From: Octopus vulgaris
Lineage: Eukaryota
Assembly (NCBI GenBank): GCA_951406725.2
Contig: OX597825.1
Location: 17,918,001-17,982,000, forward strand
Direction of reading: 5' to 3'
Length of the DNA: 64,000 nt
The position numbers were made by a program, and so were the translations under genes. The notes under the pieces are model-generated. The model worked only from the letters and a program-made list of their open reading frames with translations. It did no database searches and was not told where the DNA came from. This document shows, piece after piece, positions 55,926 to 64,000 of this stretch. How positions within the stretch are numbered: position 1 is the first letter of the stretch; every line of letters starts with the position of its first letter.

Positions 55926-56819
55926 AAGTATCTCAACTAGTAGCAATTTCAGTTAATTTTAATTTTCAATAGGTACAATATCAAACAACGCTGCCCCTCG
56001 GCGTATTAAAAAAAAATTATGATTTATCTGATAAAATAGAAACAGTTATGTTTTCATGCCTTTCCATAAGAATTGATAATGTTAAGTTTATAAAATATCC
56101 ATCAGACATATTTGAAAATAATAGGAAAATCTACACTCTGGAAGAGAGAGATAGAGGGAGTACACGTCAATACATCAGTTGTTTTAGAAAGCAATGCTTC
56201 ATTGATTTATTTCAGCAGCGGAATGATAGACATTTGTAACAAAATATTGAGTAATCTCAAAGAAAATGAACTGTGGTTATCTTATCCATCAAGAAGAAGA
56301 AAGGTTGATCCATAATTCCCTCACAGAGATTTTGATCCTACAAAGTAGATAAATCGAACTCTATAACATATATAGATCTATTATATATATCTACGTATGG
56401 AAGTGTATATATATATATATATATAATACTTATATCTGTAACACAGATAATATAATCGGTATTAATGCATTATGTAATGCACATGTGTTTCAAAAGGCTA
56501 GAGTACATCTCTTAAGTGACCATAGAAATGAGTTACGTTTACAAATGCCACTGGTTTATTTTCTTGGCATTACTCGGCAGAAGTGAGAGAAGTACACGAA
56601 GAAACGTGAAGTGATTTTGTTTTTTTGTTTCTAATACAGTACTGTACAAATAAGTATGGGTTGGTTTATCAAAACAAAAGGATAAGAAAATTTGAGAAAT
56701 GAGAGTGGTACAGTAGAGAAACGAAAACGATGCCACCACCATTCTCTTTCTTACTGTCTCTCTTATTCTCGTCCTCTCTCTCTCTCTCTCTCCCTCGTTC
56801 CATAACGTCTCATGCAAAC

Positions 56820-56875
<56 letters not shown>

Positions 56876-56954
56876 GCCCCTATACGCACAAACATGTGTG
56901 CATATCACAACTCATACACATATTCTCACACACAAACGCACAGATGTATATGTA

Positions 56955-57180
56955 TATGGAATTTACAAAAAAGGACAAGACAAACAAGTATTTTAGTTTA
57001 TCGCTCTTGGGTAGGTGAGAAAGTATTTTACGTTTCGAGCCTATGCTCTTCAACAGAAAGGAATTCAAGAAAATAAACGGAGAGAGAGAGAGAGAATAAA
57101 AGGAAAGCTTCGGCAGCTAGCGGTCAATCATGGTGACGGCCGGACGGATGTGGTCACAGAAAAGAGATAGGAAGGAGGGT
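56955..57180 (-). mobile_element. PLE 3' terminal fragment related to 27953-28200, with hammerhead motif
   Basis: acgtttcgagcctatgctcttcaacagaaag is nearly identical to 28059-28089. The flanks are also similar (agctagc..tcaatcatgg versus agctaacgaatcaacatgg). Confidence 0.8.
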
Positions 57181-57298
57181 AGATATTAAAAAAAATTATA
57201 CATATTGATATACATGTATATATAGATTTACACTCCCACATTTACGTATATACATATGTACACAGCATATATATATATAGATATATATATATATATAT

Positions 57299-57355
<57 letters not shown>

Positions 57356-57356
57356 C

Positions 57357-57431
<75 letters not shown>

Positions 57432-57903
57432 CAGGTAGATAGGTAGGTAGGTAGACAAACTGGGAGAGAGTGTCAAAGAATGTGTATCTGCATTACGGAA
57501 GCAATGCACTTGAAATTATCATTGTTTTAATTGTCCGTAGAAATCTTAGCGCTGATCACCAAAACTGTAAAACACTGTATTAGAGCAGTGATCTCTACGT
57601 AACAACGTATCGTGTCACTGCTTAAACTACCATCTTTTATAGGTTTCGTTAGGAAACAACTATAATTCCATGTGTAGTGGGAAAAATGCTATTCGTTTTG
57701 TTAGTTCCAACCATGGTTAATAACAGAGCTGTCTGATAACATTGGTTTCTGAAATTAGTATAAGAGCAAAAACGATATATAATCTATATTCCGAGCAGAA
57801 GATATTTTTAATTAGTGGACGTAAATAATTGATTTTGGAAAAGTATGATCGTCATTAATCTAATACTTTTCATTTAGTAGCTTTGATATATAAGCGTGCG
57901 TAC

Positions 57904-57951
<48 letters not shown>

Positions 57952-57977
57952 GCATATATATATATATACATACATAT

Positions 57978-58078
<101 letters not shown>

Positions 58079-58656
58079 CACCTATGTATATGTTTGTGTG
58101 CTTGTCTCTGGGTAGGTGTGTGCTTAATAATACATCCACAATCGGTTTAGACTGCAATTCATTTATTCGATCATACGAAGTACTTCTGAAGGAGTTATCC
58201 TTTCCTTCATTTTGTAGGTAATAGACCACAAACGAATGCTCTTATTGAAAGGGGGCTGCCCTCTATTGATCCATTTGAGCATAAACTCTGTTGTCTGTAT
58301 ACTGAATATAGTAAATGTTTTTCTTGGTGGCATCGTTATAAGATCTCTGAAACCTTACTTAAAAACAGGTTCTATTATGCCTTTACTGTGTTTGATGGCG
58401 TAAAAGACGCACAAACTTATTAGCAGCTCTTCAATATCAACAGAGCATATTCAAGGATAAAATTAGTGCATTGGTGGTCCAACTTTATATCTGGTATCGG
58501 AGTCAGTTTTAGGGATATGATTTGGAAAAACAGCATGGTGTAAGCTATCGAATATAGTAATTCATCAGCTGGGGTGATGTGTATTCGATTCCTTACTGTT
58601 TTCATATTTCAGACTTAATCGTTTTGAGTAACTTGTCTTTCTGCTCAGCACTATAA

Positions 58657-58951
58657 CGGCTCATGGGCCCGGTTTCCCGGTTTCTGTGGCGTATATGTTC
58701 CCCCAAGCTGGACGACACGCCAGTCCATCACAGCGTTACTCAAGAAACAAGAAGAAAGAGTGAGAGAAAGTTGGGGCGAAAGAGTACAACAGAGTTCGTC
58801 ACCACCGACTGAGGGCCCTCGTGGAGCTTTATGTGTTTTAGCTCAATAAACACACAGCTCAATAAACACACAGCACGCCCGATCTGGAAATCTAAACCGC
58901 GATCCTCCGACCGCGAGTCCGCTGCCCTAACCACTGGGCAATTGCGCCTCA
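58657..58951 (-). mobile_element. SINE with family C head and a different (V-domain-like) 3' part
   Basis: Shares the head through ctttctctcactct with family C, then reads gatggactggcgtgtcgtccag...gaaaccgggaaaccgggcccatgag. Confidence 0.85.
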
Positions 58952-59674
58952 ACCTCGGTATTTTTAGTAAAACAGATATGTAAAACTAAACAGTTTATAA
59001 TTTGGTAAACTGATTAGTGACATAACACTTTCGAAATCGCAGCATTGACAATAGTTACGGCGGCATCGAATGAACTACCAATAACTAAGCTTAAAGACGA
59101 GCCATCGTTTGGCGACATTGGTTAAAACTTGTAGTGTGTCTTTCACGCAATAATTTAATAGCTTTAATGAAAATATCCTATGTATATCCATGCCTATAGA
59201 CCTGAGGCAGACTGCATAATACTGGTGATAATGTGTTAACACCAGAGGTCAATAATAGATATTACCTACCCACACACCTGATATTCATTGAGTACTAATA
59301 AATTGTGTGCTTATTACTGAAGCATCACGATATATTAGATTGTAAAAATGGAGATAACAAGATAATGTCATTGTGAAAAAGCTGAAAAGAATATAGTATT
59401 CAGGATAATTGTATCGTTTCTTTAGATGGCTAATACTCCACGACAATCTGATCAATAACTTAATTAGTAAGAGACGACACTTTATTAAATACAATTATTG
59501 ATAGATGGCGTCACATTTGTTGAGCTGTTGAATGATACATCAAAAATGAGAGGTGGTATTGGATATGAAAAATGCACAACACATATTTCTCACTGACAAT
59601 GCCATGCCTTTGTACAATCACACACAAACACACACACACACATATAAATGTATGTGTGTGTATAAATATATATG

Positions 59675-59736
<62 letters not shown>

Positions 59737-61420
59737 GTATACATGTATATATGTAAATATATATATATATATATATACATACATACATATATATGTATGC
59801 ATGTAACTCTCTCTCACTCTGTTTTTTTCTTTATATATGTATATATATTTACACACATACATATATATGTATGCATGTAACTCTCTCTGCTTTTCTCTTG
59901 ACAAATATATATATATGTATATATGCATGTATGTATGTATGTATGTATGTATGTATGTATGTATGTGTTTGTGTGTGTGTGTATATATGTATTTCAATAC
60001 AAATATATTCATGTGTATATTTACATATGGATTCTTATTCATATTTGTAAAGAAGATAGACACACACAAATTCACAGGCAATGCTACACAATGCATACAC
60101 ATATTCATATAAACCGTTACAATACGTGCTCATCATAAATATATAACGTAATTCAGGAGAACAGTTGTCTACACTTGGATGCATTTATAATGCCAGAACA
60201 CTGATTATAATTCGAATTGAAATCATTGCATGTTATTCTTGATAGACTCTATTAGTCTGGATCCTAACTAAAATTGATTTCATCGAAGCTAAATGGTAAA
60301 GATGTAATGAAAAATAAATCAAATATGAAAGTAATATTATTAACTGTCGACATTGCGTCAAAAATGCTTCCTAGTTTTATTGCATAAGGCACTGCAAACA
60401 TTTATTTCAAAATCACTGATTATTATTATAATGATGGATTACAATTAATAGCAAGCAGGAGAAAAAGAAAATTAGAAAAAAATTTTAATACTAATACAAG
60501 TGTTTCGTTTATTGGTCAACTGTATTTCAGTGTTTATTCCGATGTTTATTTTATATTATGGTTGCATGAAATAAGAATAATATTCAATTAGCTTCTGTTA
60601 AACAGCTTGTGCAATATTCCCATCATGCTGCAAATTGCATTTTATTACAGTGAAATGAGCAATTAAAGTATTCTTTCGATGACGTTACAATCTTTACGAC
60701 ATGAGAAAACATATAGTAATATGGACAACAGTATTTTCAGTTGGATTAACTCATTCTGTCATTTGATGAAATTATCTTTGTATACAAAAAGAGTAAGTGA
60801 CGCCACATGCGTAATGATTTGGAAAAAATCTTCCTAAAACAATAATTCAAAGATGCATTTCCTAATTCCTATTTACATGACTGATTATATGGTTCAATAT
60901 ATACACGCATATCTACCTACCTATGTATATACCTATCTACCTAGTCCCCCAGCTACCTTCCTGCTAATATATATGTATATACATACATATATGTGTGTTT
61001 GTGTATAATATGTGTGTGAGTGTGTACTAGGGGCACCCAAAAGTAACTGAGACAAGCCCGTTGTAACTCCGGCTTCTGCCGCTATCACACTCTGAAATTT
61101 ACCAGTCGCATATCTTGAAGGTGAATTCTGTTTATTTGACAGTCTTGAGACTTTGCTGTAGGTGAGGCAAGAGGTATGGAGAGACGTTGAAGAGGTTACA
61201 TGATGTGTGACGAAATATTTAAAACAAAGGACAAATAAATAAGAACAATAAAAATGCTGAAGTGAAGAACAAATATAAGCATGTGCTTATTTTCCCACCC
61301 TGACAAAAAAATATGTCCGCCTCTAAGTATATCAATATCAAACAAAATTATTAAAATGAATGTATATGTAAAACGTTAGATTAGTCAATAGACATAGAGT
61401 GGATATACACGTATACACTG

Positions 61421-61495
<75 letters not shown>

Positions 61496-62199
61496 ATATA
61501 CATACATATTTGTGTGTGTGTCTACGCATACATACATATATTACGATATATTCTATGTAAACGTTATCATTTTGCATCTGGCGTTTATTAACCACATTTT
61601 ACTACTGAGTTGGACATCAAGTGGAACACTATAAAGAGAGAGGGAGAGTGAGAGAGAGAGAGATTTGGATGAGAGAAATACAGACCCTCTGTTAATGGCA
61701 CTAAAATGTGCAAATTATGTAATACTGAAAGAGTCTATTTTTTTTATCACACATAACCGAATTTGTGAATTGGCCAAACACCTGATCAGTATTCTGTAAA
61801 AATGCCACTATTTCTATGAGTAATTAAATTGTTAAGCAGACTAATATTGAGTAACAGAGTACCTCCATACATTTTCATCTATTTTATTCATTCTTTTTAA
61901 CTGCAAACATATTTTCTTCACAATATCGAAAACAATGTCTTCACATAACAAAATCTGTAAATTACCAAAATATCAGATGTGAATTCTATAGACGCCACTA
62001 TGTTGAATAATTAATTTGGTAAGCAAACAAAGAGTAAACGATCACAGAGTTCTTATATATCTCTTTAGGTAAGTCATTTATTTGTTTGTTAATTTAATGT
62101 AATTTTGCTCCACTATTTCATACAATCCAGTAGACATGGTTTCTTTTCGTTTATTTATTCCACAGTAGTTTACCTGCCAGATGTTCCTTCCCAAACCAT

Positions 62200-62385
62200 G
62201 TACTGTTTCTAGTTTCCACATAACATGTTTCCACCCTGAGATGGAAGCATAGATGTTAGTCAGACGAGGGAAACGTCATTACACACCGACAACTTCTTTG
62301 TAGACATTAGTCAGGACTTCGAGGCAGTGATGACTGACCAAGAAGGGTGGCGGGTTGACTGTTGTTGTAAGAATCAGATCATAAC
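62200..62385 (+). mobile_element. RTE-clade LINE extreme 3' remnant
   Basis: Translates DFEAVMTDQEGWRV, matching the DL..AM.DR.GWR.V terminus of RTE ORFs. Confidence 0.5.
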
Positions 62386-62472
62386 AATCATAATTTATAT
62401 AGACAGAGACGGATAGATAAATAATTATGCACTCTATCACACAAATACACACATACACACACACACGCACAT

Positions 62473-62690
62473 ATGAAGGTGCGTGGCCTAGATGATGGGT
62501 TCGATTACCAGATCGAAAGCGGCTTTATGTTCTTGAGCAAAACATTTCACTTCATGTTGTTCCAATCCAGCTCTCAATGGATGACCCTGAGATGGATTTG
62601 CCTCTCAACCAAGAGGAGTGCTGGCCAGCTCACCTAGCCAGCAAAGTGACATCCTTTGTAACATTGCGAAGCGTATAGTGACCGGCGATA
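62473..62690 (+). mobile_element. Degraded tRNA-derived SINE
   Basis: gaaggtgcgtggcctag, ggttcgattacc B-box, tgttcttgagcaaaac and accctgagatgga landmarks. Confidence 0.55.
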
Positions 62691-62693
62691 CTA

Positions 62694-62753
<60 letters not shown>

Positions 62754-62758
62754 ACATG

Positions 62759-62793
<35 letters not shown>

Positions 62794-63227
62794 TATATAT
62801 ATATATATACATATATATATACATATACATATATATACATATATATATATATACATATATATTTTTATTTATATATTCAATCTATTTATTTTGTTAATTT
62901 GTACGCTTGTGTATATATTAATTATCCATATTAGTTTTGTTTATATTTTCTCTTTTCTAATCAAGCGAATGAATACCCGATCCTCTTGTGAATAGAAAGA
63001 ACAGTTACAAAACTGCCTAGACATAATTACATAACGGTTTCTTAAATTGGAACAATGTACATTGTATTGTCTTGTTAAGAGAACTGTCAAACAAAGATTT
63101 ACACACTCCCATTTTCACACATACACGTACGCATAAATATATTCATAAATGTTTGTGTACGTGTGAAGGCCAACAGGTTTCTGACTAGTGATGTATGATA
63201 TATGATATATGATATATATGATATATA

Positions 63228-63276
<49 letters not shown>

Positions 63277-64000
63277 GATAGACAAGAATAAAAATTGGCA
63301 TTCTGAAGACATGTAAAATAATAAAAAATAATAGAAAATAATAAAATAATGAATAGAATAATAATATGAAAATGAATAAAAGAGGAGAGACTATTAAAAA
63401 ATTTAATGGGAAAAAGCATTGAAAGAATCAAAATATTACAACTTTACAAGGGTTACAAAAGATGGATGTTGCTTGAGAAATATTTTAAAGGTTATGAAAT
63501 TTATAAAAAAAAGTATTTTTGTTTGTTTTTGTTTCAGATTTCATTTTCTGTAACTCTTTATAGCATTTATGACCAGTGTCGTCTTTGAACACGAAATGTT
63601 TAAGAGAATATTTACGACACAGCAACACAGTTCTCATAATAATGATGCCACAAAGAGATAAGCGCATACAGCAATACATACGCTCACTCGCTCACACTTA
63701 TATTTGTATACCTAAGCACACGCACACATACATGTACATATATATGTGTGTGAGTGTGTATGTACATATGAATATGCACGCACTCTTCAACACGTTCAAC
63801 ACTGCCACCCACAATTACATCTAATCGTATACATCGACACATGTACAAGCACATCTGCGAAAGTATATGCACACATACATACAGACACGATCACAAACAC
63901 CACATACACACATATAGAAGTAAAATAAAGTTCTTTGTTGCTTTAATTGACTTTGATTTCAATAATTTTACAAGCAATTTTTGTTTGTAAACTTGTCTCG

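Noticed and set aside
61025-61100. Mariner-like TIR remnant
   Set aside because: Only a vague single end, with no partner or transposase trace.

Overview
This is AT-rich, microsatellite-saturated animal genomic DNA. It is most likely a coleoid cephalopod (Octopus-like), inferred from the SINE families and repeat landscape. Almost all ORFs in the supplied track are artefacts of (AT)n, (AC)n, (GATA)n and (AGT)n repeats. The only convincing host coding signal is one 95-bp minus-strand exon (50508-50602) encoding the N-terminal half of an Ig domain (Dpr/lachesin-like). The rest of the window looks intronic or intergenic. It holds three tRNA-derived SINE families in more than 20 copies, some in tandem arrays and two with intact TSDs, plus CR1- and RTE-type LINE remnants, a 5S rRNA pseudogene, a Tc1/mariner-type MITE and several long fold-back elements. 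It also holds a 5'-truncated Penelope-like element (PLE) with a Neptune-type GIY-YIG endonuclease. The most interesting signal is a set of about ten minimal hammerhead-ribozyme-like motifs (complete, degenerate or half), mostly in PLE-like termini and several next to (AT)n tracts. Several have non-canonical cores, including a back-to-back pair with the C3-G8 to G3-C8 covariation. All motifs were read by eye and none was tested computationally.
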